From positions 32,001 through 96,000 of IMG/VR virus record IMGVR_UViG_3300021399_000002: a stretch of 64,000 nt of DNA; one strand, given 5' to 3'. Each line of letters opens with the position of its first letter. Positions within the stretch are counted from its first letter, which is position 1. Made by a program: the position numbers and the translations under genes. The notes under the pieces are model-generated. The model did no database searches, was not told the origin of the DNA, and saw only the letters and a program-made list of their open reading frames with translations. Source of the DNA: a virus (Duplodnaviria; Caudoviricetes). Positions 52,408 through 63,755 of the stretch are shown here, piece after piece.

Positions 52408-52839
52408 ATGGGGTGGATTGTAGATTTTTTTAAAAATTTTAAAAATCGTTATGAAAGCCAAATTATTCGTAATCAAAAAATGGATGAATTCCTTTCTGGC
52501 GCGAGAGATAATTGCATAAATATAGAACGCATTAGTCATAATATGAATACCATGCAAAACTCTATTGAAAAAATAGATAATAAAGTAAATAAAATTACAG
52601 ATGATATTGATCATATTAATGGGCGTTTAGAAGTCATTGGAAAAGGCACTAAAATGGAATTATTTGATACGCTATATAATTGGAAAAAAATTTTAGTCGA
52701 TGATCGGGGTTGGGCTAGTCCAGCAGAAAAAAAAGAAATAACTCATATTTATGAAGTATACCATGATGAATTAGGTGGTAATGGTCAAGGAGAATTATAC
52801 TATCAATAGATTATGAAATTACCAGAAGAAAAGATTTGA
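52408..52839 (+). CDS. Phage protein with coiled coil and Y..YH..LGGNG motif (holin-associated family), TAG-recoded
   Basis: AGGAGG RBS; TAG at 52807-52809 read through to TGA. Confidence 0.65.
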
Positions 52840-52864
52840 CTTTTTACTTAAATTCATGTATAAT
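52836..52864 (+). promoter_or_regulatory. sigmaA/70-type promoter
   Basis: TTGACT-N17-TATAAT. Confidence 0.7.
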
Positions 52865-52892
52865 TAATTTAAGTAAAAAGGAGGATATTATA

Positions 52893-53408
52893 ATGCAAGA
52901 GAAAAGAAGCAAAGCACAAATTTCACAATTAGAGATTTATACAGATGGTTCCTGCAAAAAAATTGGGAACACTATGACATTTGGTGGCTGGAGCTTCATT
53001 GCTCTTCGTGGTGGTGAAAGAATCTATGAAGTTGCCGGTAGTGAATATGGGACCACTAATCAGCGTATGGAGTTATTAGCGATACGCAATGCCTTAGAAT
53101 TTGCACAAAAAAATCGGCACATTAATGAAAGCGTTGTAATTTATAGTGATTCTGCTTATGCAATCAATTGCTACTCTCAAGGATGGTATGTAAATTGGGA
53201 AAAAAATGGTTGGACTACTTCTAAAGGAGAAGATGTAGCTAATCAAGATCTTTGGATAGATATTGTTCCTTATTTTGATAATTTTTGGTATCACTTTTCT
53301 AAAGTAAAAGGACATGGTAATAATTTTTGGAATAATGAATGTGATAGATTAGCACAATTACAATCACAAACATTAAAAGAAAATTTTAAAGGAGAACAAA
53401 ATGAATAA
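52893..53408 (+). CDS. rnhA: Ribonuclease HI
   Basis: IYTDGSC, TTNQRMEL, SDSAY, N.DLW, KVKGH and NE.CD.LA motifs. Confidence 0.95.
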   Translation: MQEKRSKAQISQLEIYTDGSCKKIGNTMTFGGWSFIALRGGERIYEVAGSEYGTTNQRMELLAIRNALEFAQKNRHINESVVIYSDSAYAINCYSQGWYVNWEKNGWTTSKGEDVANQDLWIDIVPYFDNFWYHFSKVKGHGNNFWNNECDRLAQLQSQTLKENFKGEQNE

Positions 53409-53721
53409 TGACATATATGAAGTCAGTAGAGATGAATATGCTGGATTTATAGCTTAGTTAAATAAAGATAAATGCACAGTTGAACAGTTATATGAAGATA
53501 ATAAAACATTATTTAAAATTTTTAGTAAATCAACTGGCACGCATCTTACAACTAGAATTATTTCTGATAACGGACTAGAACATTATTATATTTTTAATAT
53601 GCCTCTAGATGAAGAAAGGATACCAGCTAAACCAGTATAGAAAATTACTCTAGAGACAAAAGAAGAAGTTTAGGCATTTTTTAATATATTAAATAAACTT
53701 TAGGAGAAAAAACATGATTGA
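53401..53721 (+). CDS. Hypothetical protein, TAG-recoded
   Basis: AAGGAG RBS; several in-frame TAG; absent from the ORF track. Confidence 0.65.
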
Positions 53722-53923
53722 AGTATTTAAAGATATTAAAAAAGAAGTTAAACAAGCGGCAGAAACTGCTTGGTTTATTGCTTTAAAACAAAATAATCCA
53801 GCTACTGCCGCTACTTTTTTAAATACTGTAACAAATTATTATAATAAAATTCTTTCTAAAGAAGAAAGAGAATATTTACAGTTTTATTTTAATCTTAAAA
53901 TGATGGAGGAACAAAACAAGTGA
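53714..53923 (+). CDS. Small hypothetical protein
   Basis: AGGAG RBS. Confidence 0.7.
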   Translation: MIEVFKDIKKEVKQAAETAWFIALKQNNPATAATFLNTVTNYYNKILSKEEREYLQFYFNLKMMEEQNK

Positions 53924-54480
53924 ATTGTACTTTAGTTCTTAGCGGCAAATCTGGTTGCGGAAAAGATTAGTTTGCTAATTTTATAAAAGAAATATTAACA
54001 GCACATAATAAGCGTACTATTGTTATACATTATGCTGATGTATTAAAATTTTTTTTAAAAGAATTTTATAACTGGGATGGACAAAAAGATGCTATAGGGC
54101 GATCCTTACTATAGGGAGTAGGAACAGATCAAGTGCGCGCGCATAATCCTGATTACTGGACACATGTCGTAGTTGATTTTCTAAAAGCTATTGAAGATTA
54201 TAGTGATTTTGATGTCGCTATTATTCCAGATGGAAGGTTTGAAAATGAAATTAACATTGCGCTTTCTACTCTAAATAATTGTTATAGTATTAGAATTGAA
54301 AGAACTAATGAAGATGGAACTCCTTGGGTTAATCCAACGCTTACCGAAGATTAGTTAAAGCATCCTAGTGAAACATCTTTAGATATATTCGGATGGGATT
54401 ATATTATACATAATGATAAAGATTTAGAATAGCTAAAATCAAGTGCTGAAACATTATTAAAAGATTTAAAGTTGATTTAA
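53920..54480 (+). CDS. Deoxynucleoside monophosphate kinase, TAG-recoded
   Basis: SGKSGCGKD; R.LLQ.VGTD..R with Q encoded by TAG; DGRFENE; HPSE. Confidence 0.85.
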
Positions 54481-54499
54481 TAAATATAAGGAGAATAAT

Positions 54500-55684
54500 A
54501 TGTTATTAAGAGAATTAGAGCCAGAAAAGTATTGGAGTTTTCCATCTTCCTATACTCGTGAAAAACGAGAACTAGAACTTAATAATATGATTACTTCAGG
54601 TCTTTATAGTTTTCAATTGAAAACTGATGGCAATTATTCAGCTTTTATTTGTGATATGGATGGCGATAAAAGAATTATTAGCCGCGGCATAAGCACTACT
54701 ACTAAAGAGTATGGCCGTATAGAAGATCGTTTATTCTTTTTTGATGCAGTTGCTTCTGCTTTTGATAAGCCAACACGCATTATGGCAGAAGTATATTATG
54801 ATACAGGTATTGATAGAAATGTTGGTTCGGTTTTACGCGCAAGTCCAATTAAATCCAAAAGTATTCAAGATGAAAAGTTTTATATGGAAGCAATGAAGAC
54901 TACTAAATTTTCCGCAAAAGATCGCCGTGATGTTGAAAATAATGAATTTTATAATAAAAAATTAAAATGGCGAATTTTTGACATATGGTATTATGATGGA
55001 GAAAGCTTAATGAATACTCCTTGGATTGAGCGTCAAAAATATGTTGAAGCCGCCGCAAAACGCATCAATCATCCTTTAGTTACATATGTTCATTCTTATC
55101 CTATGGATGAATCTTTTTATGATAAACTTAATATGATATTCGCGGCAAATGGAGAAGGAGTAGTATGCTATAAAAATTCAAGTTTACCAGAGCCTGGTAA
55201 ACGCACAGCTCATAAAACATTAAAAGTAAAGCGTGAATTAGAGCATTTAATTGATTGCGTCATTACCGGGATTGAACCAGCTACTATAGATTATACAGGT
55301 AAAGATGTAGGAAATTGGCAATATTGGCAAGATACTCGCACTGGAGAAAAAATTATTGGACAATTTTTTGGAGATTACCAAAGTGGCAAATCTATTAAAC
55401 CTATTAGTAGAGGCGCGTATATGGGATGGCCCGGCGCAATTTATGTAAGCGTATATAATGATAGCCAGCAACTAATACAATTGTGTAAGGTAGCTAATCT
55501 TACTGATGATTTTAAAGAAAGTTTAAAAAATAATTTTAATGATTGGTATCTATGCCCCGTAACTATTGGAGGTATGGCTATTAGTGAAGCTACAGGATTA
55601 AGTATTCGTCATCCATACTTAAAATCTATCCGTAAAGGCGATTTAAATCCTGAAGATTGTACCCTATCAAAAATTTATAACTAA
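54500..55684 (+). CDS. ATP-dependent DNA ligase
   Basis: Motif I LKTDG; FDI; EGVV; KVK; RHP. Confidence 0.85.
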   Translation: MLLRELEPEKYWSFPSSYTREKRELELNNMITSGLYSFQLKTDGNYSAFICDMDGDKRIISRGISTTTKEYGRIEDRLFFFDAVASAFDKPTRIMAEVYYDTGIDRNVGSVLRASPIKSKSIQDEKFYMEAMKTTKFSAKDRRDVENNEFYNKKLKWRIFDIWYYDGESLMNTPWIERQKYVEAAAKRINHPLVTYVHSYPMDESFYDKLNMIFAANGEGVVCYKNSSLPEPGKRTAHKTLKVKRELEHLIDCVITGIEPATIDYTGKDVGNWQYWQDTRTGEKIIGQFFGDYQSGKSIKPISRGAYMGWPGAIYVSVYNDSQQLIQLCKVANLTDDFKESLKNNFNDWYLCPVTIGGMAISEATGLSIRHPYLKSIRKGDLNPEDCTLSKIYN

Positions 55685-55715
55685 GCCCTATTTTTATAGG
55701 AGCTGAGGAGGAATT

Positions 55716-56330
55716 ATGGATTTAGAAGAATTATTAGCAGATATTTGGGATAAAGTTCATACAACTGAATTAAGTCCGGCTATGTATTAGTATTATAATC
55801 AATTATTAAATCATAGGACAATTTTATTAAACGATGATATTACGGAAAATATTATAGAGTATGTATATTTGCCTCTTCGTGATTTTGAACAAGATGAGTC
55901 TAATGAACCTGTGACACTTATTCTAAATAGTAGCGGTGGTTCTGTATCAGATGGCTTTTTCCTTGCTCATTATATTTCTCATTACTCTAAACCATTAAAT
56001 ATTATTGTATTAGGATATGCTTGTTCTATGGCTACATTATTACTCGCCGCTGGCGGAAAAAATGAAAATATAATACGTAGTTGTTATCCATGTTCATATT
56101 GTCTGATTCATGATGGATATGTAGCTCTTGCTGCAGCAGAAGCAAAAACTGCTAATGATATTATGGCTTTTAATAATGAAGTAGATAAATAGATTTGTTA
56201 GTTTTTTTTAGATAATACTAATATTACTAAAGAGGAATATGATACTCATGCTCGTCATCAATGGTTTCTATTCGCAAAAGAAATGAAAGAGAAAAATTTA
56301 ATGGATACTATTATCGGGCAAGAGGAGTGA
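55716..56330 (+). CDS. clpP: ClpP-like protease, TAG-recoded
   Basis: LNSSGGSV; ACSMA (catalytic Ser); LIHDG. Confidence 0.85.
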
Positions 56331-56335
56331 TATTT

Positions 56336-57574
56336 ATGATAACTCACTGGGCAGATACTTCAGCTATTTTACATTAGCCAGAATTATTAAAAACGCTAGA
56401 AACAATAGCAATTAGTACTATTACATTATCTGAATTAGAACATATCAAAACTTCTACAACAGAGCATGATAATATAAAATTCCTCGCTAGAGAAACAATT
56501 AGAGAAATATTACTTACTAATAAAGTACAAGTTATTATGAACGATAATAAAAAAATTGATAAGTTATTAAAAAAATATTCTTTTTTAAGTGATATTAATG
56601 ACCATCGAATTTTATGTTCTGCAGAATTAACTGCAATAGAGCAAGGTAATAGTATTAATTTTTACACTAATGATGCTATACAATATTTATTTGCATAGAA
56701 ATTACCTCATTTACACGCCATTTGTACATTAAATTATAATATAAAAACTAATATAATGGATGATTGGGCAGGATGGAGTAAATACTGGCCTGATGAAAAT
56801 GAAATGAATCTTTTATATAGCGATCCTAAAATAAATGTATTAAAAGCAAAAACCAATGAATTTTGTAAAATTTATGAAGGAGCTGACTTAAAAGATGTAT
56901 TATTTTGGTCAGGAAGTGAGTATCGTCCTTTAAAATATAAAGAATTTTCTTCTCCGACCGGAGAGCGTATAGTGCCTAGAAATATTGAACAAAAAATATA
57001 TTTAGATATATTACAAAATGATGCTATTCCTATTAAATTATGTATAGGAAGATTTGGGACTGGAAAATCTATGTTTGCTGAAACCTGGGCCGCGCATCAA
57101 TTACAATATGGAAAATTTGATAAAATTGTCTTTGTTAAAAATAATCTAGAAGTTAAAGGCGCGGGAAAGTTAGGTATTTTACCAGGGGATGAAATTGATA
57201 AGTAGTATCCATGGCTGCGTCAAATTGAAGATCATTTAGGGCCTCAACTATTTGAAGAATATTTAAATGAAGGACGCTTAGAACCAGCGCATCTTTCTAC
57301 ATTAAGAGGACGAGATTTAAAAAATTCAATTATTTTAGTAGATGAAGCAGAAAACTTATTAACAACAAATATCTAGCTATTACTCGGTCGAGTCGCATCG
57401 GGCAGCTAGATTATTTTTTGTGCTGATATTAAATAGTGTGATTATAAAAATATTGAAATGAGTGGTATTCCACGACTTATAAACAGCCTTGCTGGGAATC
57501 CATTATTTGGAATGGTTAAATTAATTAAAACTGAACGCAGCGCCGTTGCGGCAACAGCTGACCTTTTAGATTAA
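56336..57574 (+). CDS. phoH: PIN-PhoH protein, TAG-recoded
   Basis: N-terminal PIN (DTS..L, ELE, ND.RI, TND); GRFGTGKS; LGILPG; RGR; DEAEN; D..Q.D with Q encoded by TAG. Confidence 0.9.
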
Positions 57575-57593
57575 TAAATAAGAAGGTGATAAA

Positions 57594-58694
57594 ATGCATA
57601 TTATAACTAAATAGGGCAATTTAGATAATGTATTAACTTATGAACATATATGTGATACAGCATCTGATATGAATTCAATTGATAAATAGTATATAACACT
57701 TGGCTCAGTTTGTATTGTTCTTACTGGCGAAAATGGCAGTATGGAAGTATATATGGCTGATTCAAATCAGTAGTGGCATGATATTATGGTAGCGACTGGC
57801 GGCGAAGGTAGCGGCAGTAGTAGCATCGACACTAGTACACTTACGACTCTTCTCGCGCCAATGCGTGTCTCTTCTTTAGAGCCATCTAAACTCCTATCTA
57901 GCAACATAATCGAGGCTATTGGTACTCCAACCTATGTAGAAGATATTACACAATATTCCGCCTACGGAATAATAGATACTGGATGGTATGTCTTTAGCCG
58001 CATTAGCGCGCCTGAAAGTACCACCGTTAGTGCTTCTACTACTATAACCGGCGCGGATGGATATATACTAACAACTGGCGCGAATTATATTGACATTGCA
58101 ATTCGCTTTGATGTTGCTGCAACTTCTAAAACTGTTACTATCAATTGGGGTTCAAAAGAAGAAACTTTTATCTTTAAAGCTACAGATTTAGCTATTAACA
58201 ATTTAGATTATCGTGTTACTTTTTACGTATATGATGTAGATGACTATCTTACTTGGGAATATGGCTTAACTACTGATACAACTTTTGTTGCAGACAAAGC
58301 CTATTACACTCTATCTGGCACAGAATATGTCGCAGCAGAGGTTATCGCAGGAGAAGCAATTCCAGAAAATACATATTATAATCATACTAAAGTAATCTTT
58401 TAGGGCCTTACGCCTAATATTACATATAAATGTAATACAATTATTGACTGTCCGATGGAGTTCATCTTACCTACTGTAGATAATGATACACACGGTTGTT
58501 GGTTTGAGATAAGATGCCGTCATAATGGCTCTTATAGTATGACCTTAACACCACCTGATGATACTGTTAAAATTGCAACTGAGCATACGCAAGCAGAAAC
58601 TAAAGGTTTAAACATGATAAATTTACACTATACTAATGTATGTGGCGTAAAGCTATGGCGCTTTATGAATACACACTCTACTATTCCAGCATAA
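57594..58694 (+). CDS. Putative virion structural protein, TAG-recoded
   Basis: Fragments 57786 and 58455 in frame with ATG 57594. Confidence 0.7.
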
Positions 58695-58707
58695 GGGGTG
58701 ATAATTA

Positions 58708-59073
58708 ATGACTTGGGTATATGAAAAACAAAGAGAAGATGGCACTATTGAACATTGCCCTATGAATGATATGGATGGTTCCATTACTGGGAAAATTATT
58801 TTAGGCGTTAAACAATGGTTTGATGAAAATCCAGATGAATATAAGGCGCGAGGATGGATTAAACATATTTAGCATACAAATGAGGAAATAAAAGAAATCG
58901 TAGGAAATTATAATCCTTAGACGCAATATATTACTACAACACAAAAAATGATTGATGAATATACAATAGAAGATACTTATAGTGTTAGAGATAAAAGTGA
59001 AGAAATGTTATTATTTGAAGAACTAGCCAATACTTTAGGAATAGGCAGCAGTATTTTTAACTGGGAGGTTTAA
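58708..59073 (+). CDS. Hypothetical protein, TAG-recoded
   Basis: RBS; 2 in-frame TAG. Confidence 0.65.
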
Positions 59074-59077
59074 CAAT

Positions 59078-59248
59078 ATGATACGAGAAATAAATATGAT
59101 GGCGCATATTTAGGCTGAAAAAGAAAAAGAGATTGAGCGCAAACTAGAAGGTAATTCATTAGATTTAAATGAAGAAAGTAATGCTCTCGCCGCAGGTAAG
59201 CGTTTTACGTTCGATATTATTGATACTCCAGTTGACCCGCTACGATAA
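59078..59248 (+). CDS. Small hypothetical protein, TAG-recoded
   Basis: GGAGG RBS; 1 in-frame TAG. Confidence 0.55.
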
Positions 59249-59260
59249 GGGGGAATGTAA

Positions 59261-59734
59261 ATGTTTAATATTACACCTGTAGTTTCTTCACATCCCTCTG
59301 ATTGCGGTGCAACATGTTTAAAAATGTTATTGTCTTATTATAATATTGAGGCAGACTTAGCTACTTTAATTGAAGAGTGTAATACTACTTTGATAGGATG
59401 TAGTGCAAAAGATATAAATACAGCTGGAAGAAAATATGGACTTAATATGAAGGCATTTAAAATGGATGCTGAAGAAGTTGTGCGGCAAGACCGTCCCAGT
59501 GTCATATGGTGGAAGCATAACCACTTTGTTATATGTTGCGGTCGAGATTCAAATGATAAAATAGTTGTTATTAATCCAGATTTGGGACAATATCGTATGA
59601 CATTTGGCACGTTTAAAAGTCTATATTCTAATATAGCTTTATATAATGGTGACCCTGAAGATATAATAGAATCAGCTGATGCTTCATCAGAAGATTATAT
59701 TGAAGCACTTCAAATGTTGGGGGTGGAAGTATGA
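59261..59734 (+). CDS. C39-family cysteine peptidase
   Basis: DCGATCL; HFVI; NPD. Confidence 0.85.
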   Translation: MFNITPVVSSHPSDCGATCLKMLLSYYNIEADLATLIEECNTTLIGCSAKDINTAGRKYGLNMKAFKMDAEEVVRQDRPSVIWWKHNHFVICCGRDSNDKIVVINPDLGQYRMTFGTFKSLYSNIALYNGDPEDIIESADASSEDYIEALQMLGVEV

Positions 59735-60132
59735 CACGAGAAGAACTTATCACTGCAGTTCGTTCACGAATTGCATAGATGAATACTATACTTACTACTC
59801 TTACAGATGAAACTGCATTAGAGAGTGCAGTACTTTTCCCTGTATGGCATCAGGGTGAGACCTATGAAATGGGCGCACGAATGCGATATAATGATAAATT
59901 ATATCGTGTAGTACAAACACATACTTCTCAACTTGGCTGGGAGCCAGATATTACTCCTGCATTATTTACTGAAATTACTATGCCAGGTACTATTGCTGAA
60001 TGGAAGCAGCCTACAGGTGCACAAGACGCTTATAATACAGGAGATAAAGTAATGTATAATAATCAAATTTGGGAGTCAACCGTGGATAATAATGTGTGGC
60101 AACCCGGAGTATATGGATGGATAGTTATTTAA
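59731..60132 (+). CDS. Carbohydrate-binding (CBM5/12-like) phage protein, TAG-recoded
   Basis: W..G..Y..G.R..Y...LY...Q.HTSQ; WKQPTGA.DAY..GDKV. Confidence 0.8.
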
Positions 60133-60136
60133 TTTA

Positions 60137-60192
60137 AGGGCGCGAAAGCGCCCATTTTTTTATTTGACTTTTTTTCAAACTCATGATATAAT
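60137..60192 (+). promoter_or_regulatory. Terminator followed by a sigmaA promoter
   Basis: GGGCGC-GAAA-GCGCCC plus T tract; TTGACT at 60164; TATAAT at 60187. Confidence 0.75.
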
Positions 60193-60220
60193 AAAGAAAA
60201 AAGTTATAGGAGGAATTTAT

Positions 60221-60394
60221 ATGTCCGAACAACATACAATTTATGACGATATGATTGATGAGTACTTCAATCGTCATCCAGATGCAGGACTCGCTTGGTG
60301 GATGCTGCCACTAAAAGAGCAGCCCGAAGGTTTTAAGCTAGAGATGTATGATATTCTATGGGATTTAACACATAAGGAGAATAAAGATGAATAA
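60221..60394 (+). CDS. Small hypothetical protein
   Basis: AGGAGG RBS before MSEQH. Confidence 0.7.
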   Translation: MSEQHTIYDDMIDEYFNRHPDAGLAWWMLPLKEQPEGFKLEMYDILWDLTHKENKDE

Positions 60395-60446
60395 AGAACC
60401 TCTTGGATATTTGGGTGGAGATAGTTATGATAAAACAATAGCATAA
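60387..60446 (+). pseudogene. Orphan 5' fragment of the deoxyribosyltransferase-like gene
   Basis: MNKEPLGYLGG versus MEQKRPLGYLAGG at 61145; AAGGAG RBS. Confidence 0.7.
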
Positions 60447-61143
60447 TTCTATTATTATACGCGAAGCTACAATAGAAGATATTTTACAATATAAACGTGG
60501 TAAAAAAGAAGTTAATCCAAAAGATTATTATTTATGTCAATGTGATTGCGGAAATTATTGGTGTCCATCTAAATTAAATTATAGAAAAGGAAAGTCTACT
60601 AGTTGTGGAAAACATTCTAATGATGATAGAATAATAAATGAAATCGGTAATATATATGGAGAATTAACTGTTATAAGCGAAGCGCCCACTCCAAATAAAA
60701 ACACTGACCATCATAAATATTGGCTTTGTTTATGTTCATGCGGCAACACAACCGTTGTCGCAGGAAGGGATTTAAGAGCAGGAAAAGTTAATAGCTGCGG
60801 ATGTATTAGGTCAAAAGGTATGTTAAAAATAACAAACATATTATCTGATAATAACATTCAATTTATTTCAGAATATAAGTTCCCAGATTTTCTTACAGAT
60901 AAATTATCTCCATATAGATTTGATTGGGGCATCATAAAAAATCATAAATTATTCTGTTTATTAGAGTATGACGGTGAACAACATTTCGATAAAACAAATA
61001 CTTGGTATAGAGAAGGAATAGATGAAATTAAAAATGAATATTGTAAAACTTATAATATTCCGCTATATCGTATTTCCTATAAAGAATATAATCAATTAAA
61101 TATTGATTATATAAAAAATCTTATACATTATGAGGAGAAATAA
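60427..61143 (+). CDS. Putative homing endonuclease (CxCxCG repeats plus PD-(D/E)xK/DUF559-like domain), TAG-recoded
   Basis: LCQCDCG and WLCLCSCG...SCGC; RFD...EYDGEQH...KNEYC....L.RI.Y; TAG at codon 5. Confidence 0.8.
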
Positions 61144-61144
61144 T

Positions 61145-61822
61145 ATGGAACAGAAAAGACCTTTAGGTTATCTCGCGGGTGGAATTATGACGCACGGAGA
61201 AAATCTTGCGCGCCAAGAAGAATATGATAAGTTCAAGGCCGCCGGAATTCCGGGTGAAGTATATAGCCCTGTTCAAAATAAGTCAATTAATGATAAGTCT
61301 AATATGACTGAAGAAGAAAATAATCAACTCGCGGAAAAAATTGTCGCAGCAGATGTTGAAAGATTATGGAATAGTGATTATACTGTTCTATGCCCAGAAC
61401 AGAGTGCTATTGGCACTATGTGCGAGATGGGAGTATTGTATGGATGGAAGTATATGGTTGATAAATTATGGGATATTGTTGTAAAATGTAAAATAGAAGG
61501 GCAACAGAAATACTTTGATCAAGGGCTTCATCAATGGGAAATTGATGAACATATTGAACTAGATCAATGTAAAGCTATTAAGGAAGAACTTATGCGGATT
61601 TCTAGACAAAAGAATTACGCTCATTACTTCGATATTCGCACCAATCATCTTAATGAGAAGGATTGGCGCCGCAGTTTCAGTATCAATTAGATGTTATATG
61701 GAATGATTTTATACGCTACGGAAGATCATATGCTGCATAATTCATTTGATGAAATTTTGCCCCTACTACAAAAAGAATATGGCAAGAAAGATGCAGATGA
61801 ACCAGTATCAGATTGGAGGTAA
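61145..61822 (+). CDS. Nucleoside 2-deoxyribosyltransferase-like protein, TAG-recoded
   Basis: YLAGG, YSP, D...L..SD, GT..E.G and DIR...SINQ (Q encoded by TAG) motifs. Confidence 0.8.
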
Positions 61823-61829
61823 AATAGAA

Positions 61830-62189
61830 ATGGATAATACAACTTCAACAACAACTAGTACCTCTTATACATATAAATCTCCTTCTAGCTACTAGAGTGA
61901 AAAAGGATGGGAATGCCCTCGTTGCGGCCGCATTAATGCTCCGTGGGTAAGGTAGTGTGATTGTTCTAGAAATAATTGGACTATCACTTGTGATGACAAT
62001 GAGTGGTGGAAAAAATATACAACTTGTACAAGTGATACTTTTAAAATTCATCCTGATGAAATAGTATATACTACACCCCATGTCGGCGGTAGTGATTATT
62101 GGGATTCAAACTCAAATTCCTATAAAAATACAACTACATATACCACAAATACAATTCATGATGGAAAACTTAAATATAAGGAGAAATAA
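61830..62189 (+). CDS. Zinc-ribbon hypothetical protein, TAG-recoded
   Basis: GGAGG RBS; GWECPRCGRINAPWV.QCDC. Confidence 0.65.
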
Positions 62190-62191
62190 TT

Positions 62192-63496
62192 ATGCTTTAT
62201 AATATTAATGACAAACTTCCTGCAAAGCGACTAATAGTTGCAGCACTTCAGCAGGTTGTTGCTTGTTTTGTTGCTACAGTACTAATTCCACAGATTTGTG
62301 GAGTGCCTATCGCGCCTGCAATGCTAGGAGCATGTCTAGGTACTCTATGTTATCAATTGGTTACTCGCGGTCAAAGTCCAATGTTTATTAGTTCAAGTGG
62401 TGCATTTGTAGCCGCTGTGATCGGCGCGCTCGCACTGGGAACTGCACCTAATTATCTTGCAGTATTTATCGGCGGTGGTATTGTATGTATTGTATATCTT
62501 GCCGTTGGGCTTGCCATCAATACATTTGGTACTGCTTGGATAAATAAGCTTTTACCGCCCGTTGTAATTGGCCCAATTGTTGCTGTAATTGGTTTGAATC
62601 TCGCAACATTTATTCCTACATACTTCCAAGTCAATGGTGAATATAGTCTAATTGGCTTTGGTCTTGGTATACTAACGCTACTTATTACTGCAATTATTTC
62701 ACATTATGGAAAAGGATTTATCAAAAATCTGCCATTCCTTATAGCAATTCTAATTGTGTATGGTTTCGCAGCAATTCTTACTGTATGCGGAGTAAAAATT
62801 ATTGACTTTAGCGTATTTAATAATGTAAAAATTGTACAAGTACCTGATTTTGCCTTTATGCACGCAAGTAATTGGGATTGGGCATGGTTACCACAAATTT
62901 TACTTCTATTCCTACCACTATCTCTTGTGACCATTGCTGAGCATACAAGCGACCACAAGGCGTTGAGTGCGGTTATTGGCACCGATTTAACACAAAAGCC
63001 AGGCCTTGGCTACACTCTTATTGGTGATGGCATAGCAACTGCTATTGGTACATTTATTGGTGCGATGCCAAATACAAGCTACGGCGAGAGCGTTGGAACT
63101 ACTGGTTTCAGTAAGATTTGTTCTAAATATGTAATTACACTAGCTGCTATAATTATGGGTATCGCCGCATTCATCGGCCCCTTACAAGCTTTCCTTGTAA
63201 GTATTCCTAGTGCTATTTTTGGAGGATGTGCGGCTATTCTCTATGGATATATTACTTTATCAGGTATTCGTACTATTAAAGATAATAATATTGATTTAAA
63301 TAATAATAAAAATGTTACTATTATCGCGGCTGTTCTTACACTAGGAGTAAGCGGCGCAGTATGTAATTTTGGCATTGTAAGTATTGGAACCACGGCATTA
63401 GCAATGATCGTGGGAATTGTCTTGAATCTGATTCTTAAAGATCAAACACCGCCAATACGAGGACTCCGCGCAAAAATTAATTATATTGATGATTAA
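62192..63496 (+). CDS. uraA: Uracil/xanthine permease (NCS2 family)
   Basis: Multiple TM helices; SSGAF; PPVVIG; EH..D; GDG; NTSYGE signature. Confidence 0.9.
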   Translation: MLYNINDKLPAKRLIVAALQQVVACFVATVLIPQICGVPIAPAMLGACLGTLCYQLVTRGQSPMFISSSGAFVAAVIGALALGTAPNYLAVFIGGGIVCIVYLAVGLAINTFGTAWINKLLPPVVIGPIVAVIGLNLATFIPTYFQVNGEYSLIGFGLGILTLLITAIISHYGKGFIKNLPFLIAILIVYGFAAILTVCGVKIIDFSVFNNVKIVQVPDFAFMHASNWDWAWLPQILLLFLPLSLVTIAEHTSDHKALSAVIGTDLTQKPGLGYTLIGDGIATAIGTFIGAMPNTSYGESVGTTGFSKICSKYVITLAAIIMGIAAFIGPLQAFLVSIPSAIFGGCAAILYGYITLSGIRTIKDNNIDLNNNKNVTIIAAVLTLGVSGAVCNFGIVSIGTTALAMIVGIVLNLILKDQTPPIRGLRAKINYIDD

Positions 63497-63542
63497 TGTG
63501 ATATCCCGCCAGAAACGATTACTAAATTAACTAAATAAGATT

Positions 63543-63599
63543 AGAGGAGTTCAATTTTGAACTCCTCTTATTTGACTTTTCTTAAATTTATGTTATAAT
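63543..63599 (+). promoter_or_regulatory. Terminator followed by a sigmaA promoter
   Basis: AGAGGAGTTCAA/TTGAACTCCTCT; TTGACT at 63572; TATAAT at 63594. Confidence 0.7.
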
Positions 63600-63755
63600 T
63601 TTTATAGAAAGTGAGGTAGAGTTATGGATATTAAATGTTATATTGGTATTCTTGCTTTTATTATTTTTATATTGATTATTCTTTGTAGTGATTTTAATAT
63701 AGATAATGATGATAAACCTACTGATTTCTAATATGTAAGAGAGGAGACGATTAAA

